Assembly (NCBI GenBank): GCA_018823175.1
Contig: JAHJIY010000040.1
Coordinates: 16,888-80,887 of the forward strand
Reading direction: 5' to 3'
DNA: 64,000 bases
Source of the DNA: Pseudomonadota bacterium
GTDB lineage: Bacteria > Desulfobacterota > Desulfobulbia > Desulfobulbales > JAHJIY01
Shown piece after piece: positions 52,101 to 62,356 of the stretch; position 1 is the first letter of the stretch; each line of letters starts with the position of its first letter. A program made the translations under genes and the position numbers. The notes under the pieces were generated by a model, which was not told where the DNA came from, did not search any database, and saw only the letters and a list, made by a program, of their open reading frames with translations.

Positions 52101-55100
52101 AAGATGACAGTCACACCATTGGGCCCGGCATCCGAAATATCCGGGATCACATCGGCCGCCGTCAGCCAGTCATCGGCCGCAGTGATGTTATAGGTTGTCG
52201 CATCATTGGATGAGGACCCCTGTTTATTCAGTAACAGATCAACTTGTGTTTTATCCCCACCTGCCAAAGTAAAGCTGAATGAGGTTGCAGCGGAGATTTC
52301 GACGTCTGAGGTCGTGGTGAGGGTATAGATGCCACCACCCTCACCGGTGAAGGTGAACATGGAAAGATCAACATCATTGGCCACCCCGATTTTACTGAAG
52401 AGGTTAGTGCCGGTAGCGACTACAGCTCCGGTATCAGTATTATAGACGGCCGAGGTAACGGTCGGGACCGCCACATTGCTGACGGTGATCCCGTTGCCGG
52501 TAAGATCAGAGATATCCATTGCCGCAGGGGCACCGGGGAGCCAGTTGTCGGCGGCCGCCAGGTTGTATGTCACTGTAGCGGAGGTCAGGCCATTCCGATT
52601 GAGAAGGCTATGAACATTGAGCTGATCGGTGGCGCTCAGGGTGACGGTGACAGACGTTGAACTGGTCAACTCAACATCGCTGGTGTCGGTCAGGGTATAA
52701 CTGCCTCCTTCACCGGTCACGGTCAAGGTCGAGGCATCGAGATCATTGGTGGCTCCACTGTTGCCGACCAGGTTGGTACCGGTGATCACCATTTGCCCGG
52801 TACTCCAGTCGAAGGTGGCCGAGGTGATGGTTGGCCCGGCGTAGTTACTGACGGTGATAGCATTGCCGGTAAGATCGGCAACAGCAACGGCCGGATCAGC
52901 GCCGGCCGCCCAGTCTTCGGCAGCGGCCAGATTGTAGGTGGTACCCCCTGCCGAGCTGATGCCGTTATTATTCAACAAGGCTTCAACGTTGGTGAGATCC
53001 GTCCCGGCCAGAGTGATGGAGAACTGGGTGGAGGAGGTGATCTCCACATCGCTCGCTGAAGTTAGAGTATGGGTTGTCCCCCCTTCACCGGTGAAGGTCA
53101 AGGTCGAGATATCGATATCGTTGGTCGCGCCGATTTTCGACAAAAAGCCGGTACCGGTTACCGCCAGCACATTGGTATTGGAATCATAGGTGGCGCTGGT
53201 GATGGTTGGGATGGCCACATTGCTGACCGTGATGCCGTTACCGGCCAGATCGGCCACCACCACCGCCGGATCCGCGCCCGCATTCCAGTCTTCGGCGGCG
53301 GCGAGGTTGTAGGTGGTGGCGCTGGTTGAGGCGGTGCCGTTTTTGTTCATGATCTGGTTGATCGCACCCTTATCGGTGGCGGAGAGGGTAAGGGTAGACG
53401 AAGTGCCGCTGGTAATCTCGACATTGGCGGTGTCAGTCAACGTATAGGTTCCGCCTTCACCGGTTACGGTGAATTTGTTGGCAACAATGTCGTTGGTCGA
53501 GCCGTTCAACTGAAGGAGACCGGTACCGGTTACGGCCAAGACTCCGGTGGCAGCATCATAGGTGGCGCTGGTGATGATCGGCACCGCCACGTTGCTGACG
53601 GTGATGCCGTTGCCGGTAAGATCGGCGACAACCACCGCTGGGTCGGCACCGCCAGCCCAGTCCTCGGCAGCGGCAAGGTTGTAGGTAGTGGCATTGGTGG
53701 AGCTAGTGCCATTTTTGTTCATAATTAGATTAAGCGCGGCCCGGTCGGTGCCATTGGTCATCACCGAGAAGGCCGTGCCACTGGTAATTTCCACACTGGC
53801 AGTAGTGAGCGTGTGGGTGCTACCACCCTCGCCGGTCAGGGTCAGTTTGGAGACATCGATGTCGTTGGTCGCCCCGTCAAACTTGAGGAATCCGGTGCCG
53901 GTAACAACCAGGGCGCCGGTGACAGCATTGTAAGTAGCTGTGGTGATGGTTGGGACAGCCACGTTACTGGCGGTGATAGGATTGCCGGTCAGGTCAGAGG
54001 TGTCGCCGGCGGTGACCTGGGCATCCCAGTCGTCAGCTGCAGCCAGATTATAGGTCGTGCCGTTGGTGGAGGCGGTACCGTTCTTATTGACGATCTGATT
54101 AATGCCAGCCTGATCCGTAGCACTCAAAACGAGGGTAAATGACGTCGCGCTGGAAAGCTCGACATTTGCCGAATCCGTCAGGGTATAGGTTGTGCCGCCT
54201 TCAGCCGTGAAGGTGAATTTATTGGCAGTAATATCATTGGTTACCCCGGCCATCGCCTGCATATTCGTGCCGGTCACCACCAGAGTGCCGGTGGCGGCGT
54301 TATAGGTGGCCGAGGTTATTTTCGGGTTGATCGAAACCGTTATCCCGTTGGTCGCGTCGGTGATGCTGGCTGCCGGATCCGCGCCGGCAAGCCAGTCATC
54401 AGCCGCCGCCAGATTATAAGTAGTGGCATCGGCAGCGCTGGTACCGAGCTGATTCAACAACGCATCGACGTTGGTTTTATCCGCACCGGACAGGGTGAGG
54501 GTAAAGGCCGTGGCCGAGGTGATCTCGACGTTCGATGCACTGGTCAGGGTATAAGCCGCCCCGCCGCCGCCCTGTCCGGTAAAGGTGAGTTTTGAGATAA
54601 CGATATCATTGCCTGGGCCGCCCTTCTTAAAAAAGTTGGTGCCGGTGACCACCACCACCCCGGTATCGGAGTCGTAGGTCGCGGACGTTATGGACGGCGT
54701 GGCGACGTTACTCACCGTAATCCCGTTGCCGGTCAGATCACTGATATTAGGCGTCGATGGCGCTCCAGGCAGCCAGTTATCTACCGCCGACAGGTTGTAG
54801 ATTACAGCACTGCTGGATACGGTGCCGTTCTTGTTCAGAAGACCGCGGACGATCAATTGCTCGGTGGCCGAAAGGGTCAGGGTGACGGTGGTGGCACTGG
54901 ACAGCTCCGCATCCGGGGTGTCGTTTAACGTATAGTTACCCGCCTCACCGGTGATGGTCACCGTGGAGGCGTCAAGATCATTGGTCGCACCAAATGCATT
55001 GACCAAATTGGTACCGGTTATGGCCAGCTGATCGGTAGCCCAATCATAGGTGGCACTGGTTATGGTCGGGGCCGTCCAGTTACTGACGGTGATAGCATTG

Positions 55101-58100
55101 GTTCCGTCGGTGATATCCACCGCCCCATCGGCGCCCCGATTCCAGTTATCAGCTGCCGCCAGGTTGTAGGTGGTGCTGCTATCGGAACTTGCACCGTCCT
55201 TGTTCAGCAGTCGTTCCACATTGAACAGATCGGCTCCGGACAGGGTGGCGGAAAACTGAGTGGCGGAGGTAATCTCCACATCGGTAGCCGTGGTCAGGGT
55301 GTACGTATTGCCTGCTTCGCCGGTAAAGGTGAACGTGGAGAGATCAATATCGTTGGTGGCCCCGGCAAATGGGAAGAACCCTGTCCCCGATACCGTCATG
55401 ACATTGGTGGCATAATCGTAGGTTGCCGAGGTAATGGTCGGCGCGGTCACATTGCTGACGGTAATGCCGTTCCAGGAATCAAGTACGACCACCGCCGGGT
55501 CCGCCCCGGCGGCCCAGTCTTCCGCCGCTTCCAGATTATAGGTCGTTCCACCGGTGGCGGTGGTGCCGTTCTTGTTCATGATCAGATTGACCGCAGCCTT
55601 ATCGGTCCCGCTCAAGGTCACGGTGAATGAGGTGGACGAGAAGATCTCCACATCAGCAGTCGAGGTCAAGGCATGGGTCGACCCACCCTCACCGGTGATC
55701 GTCAACTTGGCAACCACGATATCATTGTTGGCACCGCTCAACGACAGCAACCCTGTCCCGGTCACCACCAAAACTCCGGTGGAGGTATCATAGGTCGCAC
55801 TCGTGACGGTGGGCACGGCAACGTTGCTGGCGGTGATGCCGTTGCCGGTCAAGTCTGCAACGACCACCGCCGGATCCGACCCTGCCGCCCAGTCTTCCGC
55901 CGCCGCCAGATTGTAGGTGGTGGCACTGGTGGAGCTGGTGCCGTTCTTGTTGACATACAGATTGACACCCGCTTTATCGGTAGCGCTGAGGGTCAGGGTG
56001 AAAGCGGTGCCCGAGGTGATCTCGACGTTGGCGGTGTCGGTCAGGGTGTAGGTTCCGCCTTCGGCGGTGATGGTGAACTTGTTGGCCACGATATCGTTGG
56101 TGCCACCGGTCAGCTTAAGGAAGCCGGTGCCGGTCACCATCAGGTTACCGGTGGCGGCATCGTAGGTCGCCGAGGTGATGGCGGGGACTGCAACGTTGCT
56201 GACGGTGATACCGTTGCTGGCATCGGCGATCGAGCCCCCGGTGATAACCGTGTTCCAGTCATCGGCGGCAGCGAGATTGAAGATAGTACCACCGGTGGAG
56301 ACGGTACCGTTTTTGTTCAGCATCTGATTGACCGCCGCCTTGTCGGTGGCGCTGAGGGTAATGGAAAACCCGGTGCCGGAGGTGATCTCGACGTTAGCTG
56401 TGTCAGTCAGAGAGTAGGTCGCACCGCCTTCGCCTGTTACGGTGAATTTGTTGGCGGTGATGTCGTTGGTCGCGCCGATGGCGTTGACCATATTGGTTCC
56501 AGTTACCGCCAGCACACCGGTGCTGGCATCGTAGGTAGCTGAGCTGATGGTCGGGGTCTGTACGTTGCTGACGGTCACGCCGTTGCCGGTTAGATCGGCG
56601 TTACCGGCGTTGGCAGGATTCCAATCGGCGGCGGCAGCAATATTATAAGTTGTAATATCAGTGGATGAGGTGCCGTTTTTATTCAGCAAGCCTTCAACAT
56701 GTGTCTGATCGGCCGCATTCAAGGTCACGGTAAACGAGGTGGCCGAAGTGAGTTCAACGTTCGCCGAAGTCAGGGTGTAGCTGCCCCCAGCTTCCCCGGT
56801 GAGGCTCAATTTAGCGACATCGATGTCGTTGTTCGCCCCCCCGGTTGCGGTCAAGCCGGTTCCAGTCACGACCAGCGAGTTGGTGCTGGCATCGTAGGTG
56901 GCGGAGGTGATCGTGGGGCCTGTAGGAGCCGTTTCCCCCGCCAGAATCGAGCCATTAGGGGTATCGTTATAGGCGTAATCAAACATTGTCCGACCGAAAT
57001 TATTCGTCCCGGTGACCGTCATCCGAATCCAGCCGTAGTGGATACTCCCGGCTCGATCGAATTTTATCCCCAGATATTTACTGGTAGCATTAACCCATGG
57101 CCCTTGCGAACTGTAGACCATGACACCCCCATTGTTGGGGGCAAAGGTCTGGCCTGCACTGATCGCGGCATTGGTGGCCAGGGCCTTACCATACCAGTTC
57201 CACGTGTAAGTAGATACGGGTTGGGCTGTTTGAGGGATAACCAGCATTCTCATCCCGGCAGAACCGGTGACCCGAATGTCGGAGGCAGCTACCGCGGTCT
57301 GAGGTCCGAATTTGATAGTGATTTCGGTGTCGCCATCATTATCGATATCCACCGCGATGGTCTGGGTCGTCACATCCACCGGATCGGTGTAGATCACTGC
57401 GGCCGAGGCATCACGCCAGCCTGTTCCGACCAGCAAGGCCGTTCCTGAGAGGATGGCCAAGCCACTAACGGTGTTCAAGGAAAATCCTTGAAAGTTGTGC
57501 TTGGCCGTAAAAGTGGCCAGATGACTCACTGGAACCGCTTCAAACCCCAGACAGGGTGATTGTAGACCATCCCTATCTTGCGACGGACAAATATCTCCCC
57601 TAAGAATTTTCTCACCAGAAATATTTTTCAGCTCATGCCAAGACAGGCTATGTTGATAAGCCGGTGTGTGTCCGGGAAGAAAATGATATCCGAGGAAATC
57701 AAACCCGTTTGAGCTCTGCCCCAAGAAAAACGCGTCGTCTGATAGTGAAAGTCCGAGGGCCCCCAACTGTTCCAGGACGGCTGGCCTGACCTGATGCAGG
57801 GTCCATCGGGTGGGAGTGATCAAAAGCCACTCATCCATATAGCGGGCATAAAAGCCGTTCTGTCCGGTCAGCAGATCATCAAGCGCCTGCAGATACAACG
57901 AGGTCATGATTGGCGTCAGTGGGCTATCGATGGCGATCCCCGTATCCAATTCATAGAATGTGCCATTATCTGAGACCGTTTGATGCAAGTATCGCCACAG
58001 GAGCTGCTGGAGAGATGGTTCTTCGGGAAAAGCCTCGGACAATTTCCGGTAAAGGATTGAGTGATCAATCTGCCCGCAGAAATTCTGGAGGTCTCCCCGC

Positions 58101-58507
58101 ATCACCCAGGACTGGCTATTTGCCTGAAGGTAGTCATCAGCCGTTTTTACCGCCCCATCAATCCCGGCAGCCCCGAGCCGGTAAAAACCCCGGTTCGCCA
58201 ATGCGCGAGAGAGATGTTCCTCCATTACTAACCCCATGGCCTTGAGGACGATGAGATCACCGACCTCATAGACATCCTGCGAGATCCCGTTCCGCAGAAC
58301 CCTGGTTCGGACTTGAAAGCAGTAACTCCCCGAAACAAATTGTTGCCGAATCACCGCTTTTAGTTGCAACCAGTTCCCAGGGCTGACAACATCCCGTAAT
58401 TGCGTATCCTGAAGCCACTGAAAGGCTGCCTCCAGACATGAATCCGCAGAAATTTTGGCCATTAACGGTTGAGCTGCTGAATCTTGATCCATGATGTCAC
58501 CATTCAC
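49184..58507 (-). CDS. Giant surface protein 4 (3107-aa maximal ORF): RT-like N-terminal region in frame, signal-peptide-like segment, 14 x ~123-aa tandem repeats, parallel beta-helix, Calx-beta-like, InlB-B-like, TSP3-like repeats, shared CTD
   Basis: Uninterrupted ORF from GTG 58507. Aa ~344-369 ([26 protein letters not shown]) look like a signal peptide, so the adhesin may start independently at GTG 57529. [19 protein letters not shown] opens the beta-helix, which ends [28 protein letters not shown] is Calx-beta-like. [30 protein letters not shown]. The CTD ends [11 protein letters not shown]. Confidence 0.85.
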   Translation of the reverse strand: MNGDIMDQDSAAQPLMAKISADSCLEAAFQWLQDTQLRDVVSPGNWLQLKAVIRQQFVSGSYCFQVRTRVLRNGISQDVYEVGDLIVLKAMGLVMEEHLSRALANRGFYRLGAAGIDGAVKTADDYLQANSQSWVMRGDLQNFCGQIDHSILYRKLSEAFPEEPSLQQLLWRYLHQTVSDNGTFYELDTGIAIDSPLTPIMTSLYLQALDDLLTGQNGFYARYMDEWLLITPTRWTLHQVRPAVLEQLGALGLSLSDDAFFLGQSSNGFDFLGYHFLPGHTPAYQHSLSWHELKNISGEKILRGDICPSQDRDGLQSPCLGFEAVPVSHLATFTAKHNFQGFSLNTVSGLAILSGTALLVGTGWRDASAAVIYTDPVDVTTQTIAVDIDNDGDTEITIKFGPQTAVAASDIRVTGSAGMRMLVIPQTAQPVSTYTWNWYGKALATNAAISAGQTFAPNNGGVMVYSSQGPWVNATSKYLGIKFDRAGSIHYGWIRMTVTGTNNFGRTMFDYAYNDTPNGSILAGETAPTGPTITSATYDASTNSLVVTGTGLTATGGANNDIDVAKLSLTGEAGGSYTLTSANVELTSATSFTVTLNAADQTHVEGLLNKNGTSSTDITTYNIAAAADWNPANAGNADLTGNGVTVSNVQTPTISSATYDASTGVLAVTGTNMVNAIGATNDITANKFTVTGEGGATYSLTDTANVEITSGTGFSITLSATDKAAVNQMLNKNGTVSTGGTIFNLAAADDWNTVITGGSIADASNGITVSNVAVPAITSATYDAATGNLMVTGTGFLKLTGGTNDIVANKFTITAEGGTYTLTDTANVEITSGTAFTLTLSATDKAGVNLYVNKNGTSSTSATTYNLAAAEDWAAGSDPAVVVADLTGNGITASNVAVPTVTSATYDTSTGVLVVTGTGLLSLSGANNDIVVAKLTITGEGGSTHALTSTADVEIFSSTSFTVTLSGTDKAAVNLIMNKNGTTATGGTTYNLEAAEDWAAGADPAVVVLDSWNGITVSNVTAPTITSATYDYATNVMTVSGTGFFPFAGATNDIDLSTFTFTGEAGNTYTLTTATDVEITSATQFSATLSGADLFNVERLLNKDGASSDSSTTYNLAAADNWNRGADGAVDITDGTNAITVSNWTAPTITSATYDWATDQLAITGTNLVNAFGATNDLDASTVTITGEAGNYTLNDTPDAELSSATTVTLTLSATEQLIVRGLLNKNGTVSSSAVIYNLSAVDNWLPGAPSTPNISDLTGNGITVSNVATPSITSATYDSDTGVVVVTGTNFFKKGGPGNDIVISKLTFTGQGGGGAAYTLTSASNVEITSATAFTLTLSGADKTNVDALLNQLGTSAADATTYNLAAADDWLAGADPAASITDATNGITVSINPKITSATYNAATGTLVVTGTNMQAMAGVTNDITANKFTFTAEGGTTYTLTDSANVELSSATSFTLVLSATDQAGINQIVNKNGTASTNGTTYNLAAADDWDAQVTAGDTSDLTGNPITASNVAVPTITTATYNAVTGALVVTGTGFLKFDGATNDIDVSKLTLTGEGGSTHTLTTASVEITSGTAFSVMTNGTDRAALNLIMNKNGTSSTNATTYNLAAAEDWAGGADPAVVVADLTGNGITVSNVAVPIITSATYDAATGVLAVTGTGLLQLNGSTNDIVANKFTVTGEGGTYTLTDTANVEITSGTSSTLTLSATDKGAINQIMNKNGTASTSATTYNLAAAEDWNAGADPAVVVADLAGNGITVSNVAIPTITSATYDSNTNVLAVTGTGFLSKIGATNDIDISTLTFTGEGGTTHTLTSASDVEITSSTQFSITLAGTDLTNVEALLNNNGISSAGGTTYNLAAAEDWAAGADPAVAVADLTGNAITVSNYAGPTITSATFDWSTGQMVITGTNLVGNSGATNDLDASTLTVTGEGGSYTLTDTSDVELTSSTSVTVTLSATDQLNVHSLLNRNGLTSATVTYNLAAADNWLPGAPAAMDISDLTGNGITVSNVAVPTVTSAVYNTDTGAVVATGTNLFSKIGVANDVDLSMFTFTGEGGGIYTLTTTSDVEISAATSFSFTLAGGDKTQVDLLLNKQGSSSNDATTYNITAADDWLTAADVIPDISDAGPNGVTVIFNPKITSATYDFATGTLVVTGTDIQANGGGSDLDASRLTFTGQGGGTYTLTDTTDVNRDSASQFTLILSATDKAAVDLLLNKSGLSSVDATAYNLAAADDWNTAVIAGDSSDLTGNTITASNVPATIIVTNTNDSGAGSLRQAIADAASGDIIDLTGISGTITLTSGELAINKNLTFTGPTATSLVISGNTASRVLNISGGTVVYLSYVTVQDGYVDSADGAGILNAGILSIDHSTIRENHGFTAGNGGGIANVGGTLTVTSCTLENDTSAGNGGGIYSTGTATVTNSTFWEDSVNVDGGGIYSTGTLTLANNTISGNWAFSGNGGGIYNVGTLHFLNTIIANSFGSDCFNTGTIATNTNNLIEDNTCSPALSGDPVLGTLLDHGGPTRTLGLLYTSPAIDAGDNATCEPTDQRDMARPADGNFDTTATCDIGAFEYTPGSVQFSSATYSVAENGGTATITATRTGSTDGAVSVNYATTNGTAIAGSDYTASAGILNWAFGDGAAKTFSVSIIDDSTVEPAETVNLSLSNYSGVAQGAQANAQLLISNDDVPPPVTYTVSPSMGEHGTISPSFNLITNAGSVISFTLTPESGYKIGSVGGTCGGVLINNIFTTAPVIIDCTVEASFIVSVLDRDNDGIADSDDSCPDDPNNDTDGDGVCDGADSFPNDPALFEPGIDRVGFVRTDGEDPWNNRIGLLPSQNVIFRFSALVDSASADSVWLVINGYPQQMDCGTEPVDFSIPVECSFETNLGPAGFHGYHVEVRQVSDYDPSVSPLAQSFEQPGPTIELLNGANMVGLAKELAGIDLEELLGSSIIYRWVSSGLSSDGNNGSFEYYDNNRFNVPGQGYIIERQNLASLPDLSAYPDYTDAQFIVPLAPGWNMITNPYGGQVLLADVKLQRNDEDSLPWTDACGANLLVNAIYSYQGEDWGSVYGFASAGGDPEARLVPWLGYWVYVVRNDADYKLIIPNPRGE
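49187..50095 (-). other. Shared CTD, copy in giant 4
   Basis: The last 303 aa are homologous to the other CTDs. This is the only copy not followed by family S and family L genes. Confidence 0.85.
51734..56917 (-). repeat. Coding tandem array: 14 repeats of ~370 nt (~123 aa) in giant gene 4
   Basis: Each unit starts P.(I/V)T(S/T)A(T/V)(Y/F)(D/N)...G.L.VTGT and contains NDI....(F/L)T.TGEGG..YTLT...VE(I/L)(T/S)S.T.F..TLS..D......(L/M)NKNGT.S.....YNLAAA.DW and ends GNGITVSNV. Units are diverged (roughly 50-70 percent aa identity). Confidence 0.85.
57530..58507 (-). other. Reverse-transcriptase-like (RVT_1-type fingers/palm) region at the 5' end of the giant ORF
   Basis: Aa 1-326. Motif-1/2-like [13 protein letters not shown]...[16 protein letters not shown]; motif 3 [22 protein letters not shown]; motif 4 [22 protein letters not shown]; motif 5 [12 protein letters not shown] (YMDE at 57830-57841 where RTs have YxDD); motif 6/7 GFDFLGYHF. 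No thumb/X domain and no stop codon before the adhesin part. Visibly less GC-rich than the adhesin body by eye (not counted). Confidence 0.65.
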
Positions 58508-58880
58508 GTATTAATCATACCTAACAAAGGATTTTGCAATGTAAAACAACAAACTCAAGAGGATAGAATTTGGTGTATAAATAGTGTAAAAAGCCTTTTC
58601 TTAAATTATTGAGTTTTGTACCTGAAGACAAGGTTTATCGTATAACATGGCATCTTTGACCTTAAAAAAATATATTGTATCCCACAGCGTGGGAAAGAAA
58701 ATATGACGTTCGAAGCTGCAAGTAAACAGGCACGTGCCATACTCTCCCGACAGGAGCAACCATTCGATTATCTTTATTAATAAAAAAACTGTACAATTAA
58801 GCATTAGCCATTTTTGATATACGGATCCCTAAAATCATATCCATAATCTTTTGCCCCGGCACTACTTAACAGGAGTCTGC

Positions 58881-59147
58881 ATGCCAGAATTGAATCATCC
58901 GCCCAACCCTGTATCAGTCGATAAAAAGACAAAACAGGAAGACACCATCTCTGCCGAAGGGATGTTGGGTCTACTGGCTCTGGGAGCTGCTGGCCTCTCC
59001 GCCTGGCGAAAACGACGGGCTGAAGTTGAGGGTAAAGACTGGCGCGACACCCTTGCCCATCAAGTTGCCTCCATCGAAAAGGAGGCCGGGGGCGGCGACA
59101 ACGAAAAACCCTCATCTATAAAAACACAACCGGTTCAGGATCCGTAA
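58881..59147 (+). CDS. Small membrane protein (88 aa) upstream of and overlapping the AlkP-TPR-sulfotransferase gene
   Basis: ATG 58881 with AGGAG 6 nt upstream (the track ORF starts at 58851). Single TM segment GMLGLLALGAAGLSAW followed by RKRR. Its TAA overlaps the next ATG (TAATG at 59145-59149). Confidence 0.55.
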   Translation: MPELNHPPNPVSVDKKTKQEDTISAEGMLGLLALGAAGLSAWRKRRAEVEGKDWRDTLAHQVASIEKEAGGGDNEKPSSIKTQPVQDP

Positions 59148-61900
59148 TGCCCCCCCTAACCAGAAAGGTCCTGTTAATCGGCTGGGATGCCGCCGATTGG
59201 AAGATCATTCATCCCCTGATCGACAGCGGCAAGATGCCGACCCTTAAACGCTTTATTGAAGAAGGGGTAAGCGGCAACCTGGCAACCCTTGACCCGCCGC
59301 TGTCCCCTATCATGTGGACCTCCATCGGCACCGGCAAGACCGCTGACAAACATGGCGTTCTCGGTTTCACCCAGCCCCGGCGCGACGGGCTGGGCATCCA
59401 ACCGGTACTGTCCAGCTCCCGCAAGGTCAAGGCCCTGTGGAATATCCTGATGCAGGAGGGATTCAAAACCCATGTGATCGGTTGGTGGCCAAGTCATCCC
59501 GCAGAAAAACTCAATGGCGTTTCAATTTCGAATTTCTTCCATCACGTAACCGGCCCGGTCAACCAACCCAACCCTATGCCCCCGGGATCGGTCCAACCCG
59601 AGCGACTGGCCGCCACCCTGGAAGAGTTACGAATCCATCCCCATGAATTAACCGCCCAACACATCCTGCCCTTTGTTCCCAATGCCGCCACCATTGACCA
59701 GCGCCAAGATCCCCGCCTCTATGGAGTTGCCAAAATTACCGCTGAGTGCGCAACAGTTCAGGCAGCCGCCACCTGGGTCATGGAGAATGAACCATGGGAC
59801 TTCATGGCGGTCTACTTCGATGCTATCGATCATTACTGTCACGGCTATATGAATTTCCACCCTCCATACCGACAAGGAATCCCCAGAAAACTGTTCGAAA
59901 ACTACCAAGATGTGGTGACCGGTGGCTATCTGTTCCATGACATGATGCTCGAGCGTTTACTGGACCTGGCTGGTCCCGAAACGACGGTCATTCTCTGCTC
60001 CGATCACGGTTTTCATTCCGACCATCTCCGGCCGGGAAGCGTCCCCGATGAACCGGCCGGCCCCGTCATCGAGCATCGGAATTACGGGATCATCGCCATG
60101 CATGGCCCCGGCATTGCCAAGGACGAACTGATTTTTGGGGCTTCACTACTTGATATCACCCCAACGATCTTATCGCTGTTCGGCCTGCCGGTGGGCGCTG
60201 ATATGGACGGCAAACCCCTCGTTTCTGCCTTTGAACGGCCAATGATCCCCAAGGTTATTGAAAGCTGGGAAACCGTCAAAGGTGACAGCGGCATGATGAA
60301 TAAAGAACAGCTCGGTGATCCCTGGGCGGAACAAGCAGCCCTGGAACAATTGGTGGAACTGGGCTATATCGATCCGCCGGACCAGGATGCCCAGAAGGCC
60401 ATTAACTCATGCCAACGCGAGTCAAAATTCTACCTGGCATGTACCTTCCTCTACAAAAATGCCCATAGTAAAGCCTTGCCTCTACTGGAAGAGCTGTTTG
60501 AGGAACAACCTGACCAGACCAGATTCGGCCTCCGCTTGGCCAAATGTTACCAAATGCTGGGGAAAATCAGCGAGGCAAGAGAGGTTACCGATAGGACGAT
60601 CAGCGCCTGGGAAGAGCATCGTCTTGAGAAGGAACGCGAAATCCGGGAAAAAACAAAGGAACTGGGGCAACCGGAAATTGATTCAAACAGCCCCCCCCAA
60701 CGCCCCGCTCCCGCACTGGATCTCTTGCAAGGCTCTCTCCTGCTGGCCGAAGGCAAGCCGGAAGAAGCTCTGATTGCCCTGCAAAGAGCCCAAAAAGCCT
60801 TACCCAGGATGCCTGCTCTTCATCTAAGGCTGGGACAGACCTATCTCAGAATGAACCGCCTGCAGGATGCCGAAGAAGCCCTCTTCCAGGCCCTCGAGAT
60901 CGACCCGGAATGCGCCGAGGCCTTTCACGGGCTCTCAACCGTATATCTGAGAATGCGTTATTATCAGGAGGCTTACGAGGCAGCAGCCACCTCCCTTGGG
61001 CTGATCTTTCACAATCCATCCGCCCATTACAATCTTGGAGAAGCCACCTTCAGACTTGGCGACTTTAAGGGGGCGGAAACCTCTTGGCTCAACTGCATCA
61101 ATCAGGCACCCGGCATGAAAAAAGCCCATGACAAACTCATTACCCTATATCAACGTTTTTTACCCGATCCCCTCAAGGTCTTGGAACATCAATGCTTCAT
61201 TGCTGAAAAAATCATCCCCTACCAAAATACGCTCAAAGGAGAACAACCTACCAAGAACGATAACCTCAGACCGGAAAAGGAAAATACGGGCAGGATCACC
61301 GAAGTCGATTGTACCAAAAAATTCAATCTACCTTCTGCGGAAGTGATCACCATCGTTTCCGGCCTACCCCGCTCAGGAACCTCGATGATGATGCAGATTT
61401 TGACCCAGGGGGGGCTACCGCCGCTAACCGACATCCTACGAGAAGCAGACACCAACAATCCCAAGGGCTATTATGAATTTGAACCGGTCAAATCACTCTC
61501 CAGAGGACAGTTCGATTGGTTACAGGACGCAAAGGGCAAGGTTGTTAAAGTTATTGCCCAGCTCTTACCGGCACTGCCTACCAACTACCATTACCGGATT
61601 ATATTTATGCAGCGGGATATGAATGAAATCCTGCAATCCCAACGAACCATGCTGGCGGAGCTGCATCGCAAACAGGAAGAAAACAGTCAATCATTAGCTG
61701 CAAGCTACCAGGCCCAACTGACCCGCCTCGAGTCCTTTCTCAACAAGCAATCCAATATGGAGGTTCTCCATATCGCTCACCGTGATGTACTCAGCAATCC
61801 AATGGCACAAGTCCAAAGGGTCGCAACTTTCCTGGATATTCCATTCGACACCGAAAACGCTGCCGCCGCAGTTGATCCGTCATTATACCGGGCCAAATAA
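59147..61900 (+). CDS. Fusion protein: alkaline-phosphatase-superfamily (type I phosphodiesterase/nucleotide pyrophosphatase-like) domain + TPR repeats + sulfotransferase domain
   Basis: 917 aa. VLLIGWDAADWKII...MWTSIGTGKTADKHGV and VILCSDHGF are AlkP-core motifs. TPR-like helices span aa ~440-680. IVSGLPRSGTSMMMQIL is a PAPS-binding P-loop of sulfotransferases. Confidence 0.85.
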   Translation: MPPLTRKVLLIGWDAADWKIIHPLIDSGKMPTLKRFIEEGVSGNLATLDPPLSPIMWTSIGTGKTADKHGVLGFTQPRRDGLGIQPVLSSSRKVKALWNILMQEGFKTHVIGWWPSHPAEKLNGVSISNFFHHVTGPVNQPNPMPPGSVQPERLAATLEELRIHPHELTAQHILPFVPNAATIDQRQDPRLYGVAKITAECATVQAAATWVMENEPWDFMAVYFDAIDHYCHGYMNFHPPYRQGIPRKLFENYQDVVTGGYLFHDMMLERLLDLAGPETTVILCSDHGFHSDHLRPGSVPDEPAGPVIEHRNYGIIAMHGPGIAKDELIFGASLLDITPTILSLFGLPVGADMDGKPLVSAFERPMIPKVIESWETVKGDSGMMNKEQLGDPWAEQAALEQLVELGYIDPPDQDAQKAINSCQRESKFYLACTFLYKNAHSKALPLLEELFEEQPDQTRFGLRLAKCYQMLGKISEAREVTDRTISAWEEHRLEKEREIREKTKELGQPEIDSNSPPQRPAPALDLLQGSLLLAEGKPEEALIALQRAQKALPRMPALHLRLGQTYLRMNRLQDAEEALFQALEIDPECAEAFHGLSTVYLRMRYYQEAYEAAATSLGLIFHNPSAHYNLGEATFRLGDFKGAETSWLNCINQAPGMKKAHDKLITLYQRFLPDPLKVLEHQCFIAEKIIPYQNTLKGEQPTKNDNLRPEKENTGRITEVDCTKKFNLPSAEVITIVSGLPRSGTSMMMQILTQGGLPPLTDILREADTNNPKGYYEFEPVKSLSRGQFDWLQDAKGKVVKVIAQLLPALPTNYHYRIIFMQRDMNEILQSQRTMLAELHRKQEENSQSLAASYQAQLTRLESFLNKQSNMEVLHIAHRDVLSNPMAQVQRVATFLDIPFDTENAAAAVDPSLYRAK

Positions 61901-62356
61901 CCTCCCGCATTTTTCCACTCACAAGACTCGGAGTCTCCTTATAGTCGCTTACCTCGAGCTACAGGGAATGTGCCGCAAAGCAAATACTCTTGGAGTGCGT
62001 TTCGCTTCCCATGTTCAAGGTAACCAGAAAGTTGCTCATCTAGAGCTCCTTCCAGGATTAATGAAGAGTAGATTTTGTCGACCTTCAAAGTTCAAATTAG
62101 GCAGGCGTAACTTAATGGTCGCAGTGATGATATGTTTTAAAACAAATCAATTTCAAAAGATGAAAGTTTGAAAGAGTCGGTAGAAGATGATAGTCAAAGA
62201 ATGTTCGCCATAAAATGAATAAAAAAATGTATTTCTTATTGGTTATTGCACATACCCTTTCCGTCCGTTATGGTTTCCGGCATAATCATTAATTTTCACG
62301 AAACATTGCAGATTACAATTCCTTTATCTATCAATAGTTCAAGACAGGAACTTTCG

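Noticed and set aside
51734-56917. The tandem repeats here and the heptamer array at 11028-11069 were checked as possible CRISPR arrays.
   Set aside because: The ~370-nt units are diverged and lie in frame inside an ORF. The heptamers have no spacers. No 24-48-nt repeat/spacer periodicity and no cas genes occur anywhere in the window.
41793-58507. Diversity-generating retroelement hypothesis: an RT-like region (57530-58507), a DUF1566/C-type-lectin-like protein (41793-43055) and repeated 3' gene ends lie in one island.
   Set aside because: I found no template/variable repeat pair. The AT-rich region next to the RT (58508-58850) and the RT-adhesin linker resemble no gene 3' end in the window. 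The DUF1566 domain is internal, not C-terminal. The only near-identical pair (38939-39178 and 49232-49471) lies inside two coding CTDs, and its 6 mismatches are not adenine-specific. No Avd-like gene was seen. A TR outside the window cannot be excluded.
61782-62171. A 129-aa plus-strand ORF in the 456-nt gap before lepB, and a 26-aa minus-strand ORF (61959-62039, MSNFLVTLNMGSETHSKSICFAAHSL) with a strong GAAGGAG RBS.
   Set aside because: The 129-aa ORF has no RBS, an odd composition and no recognisable motif. The 26-aa ORF has a good Shine-Dalgarno sequence but no other support. The region also showed no tRNA-like T-arm or other RNA signature that I could verify by eye.
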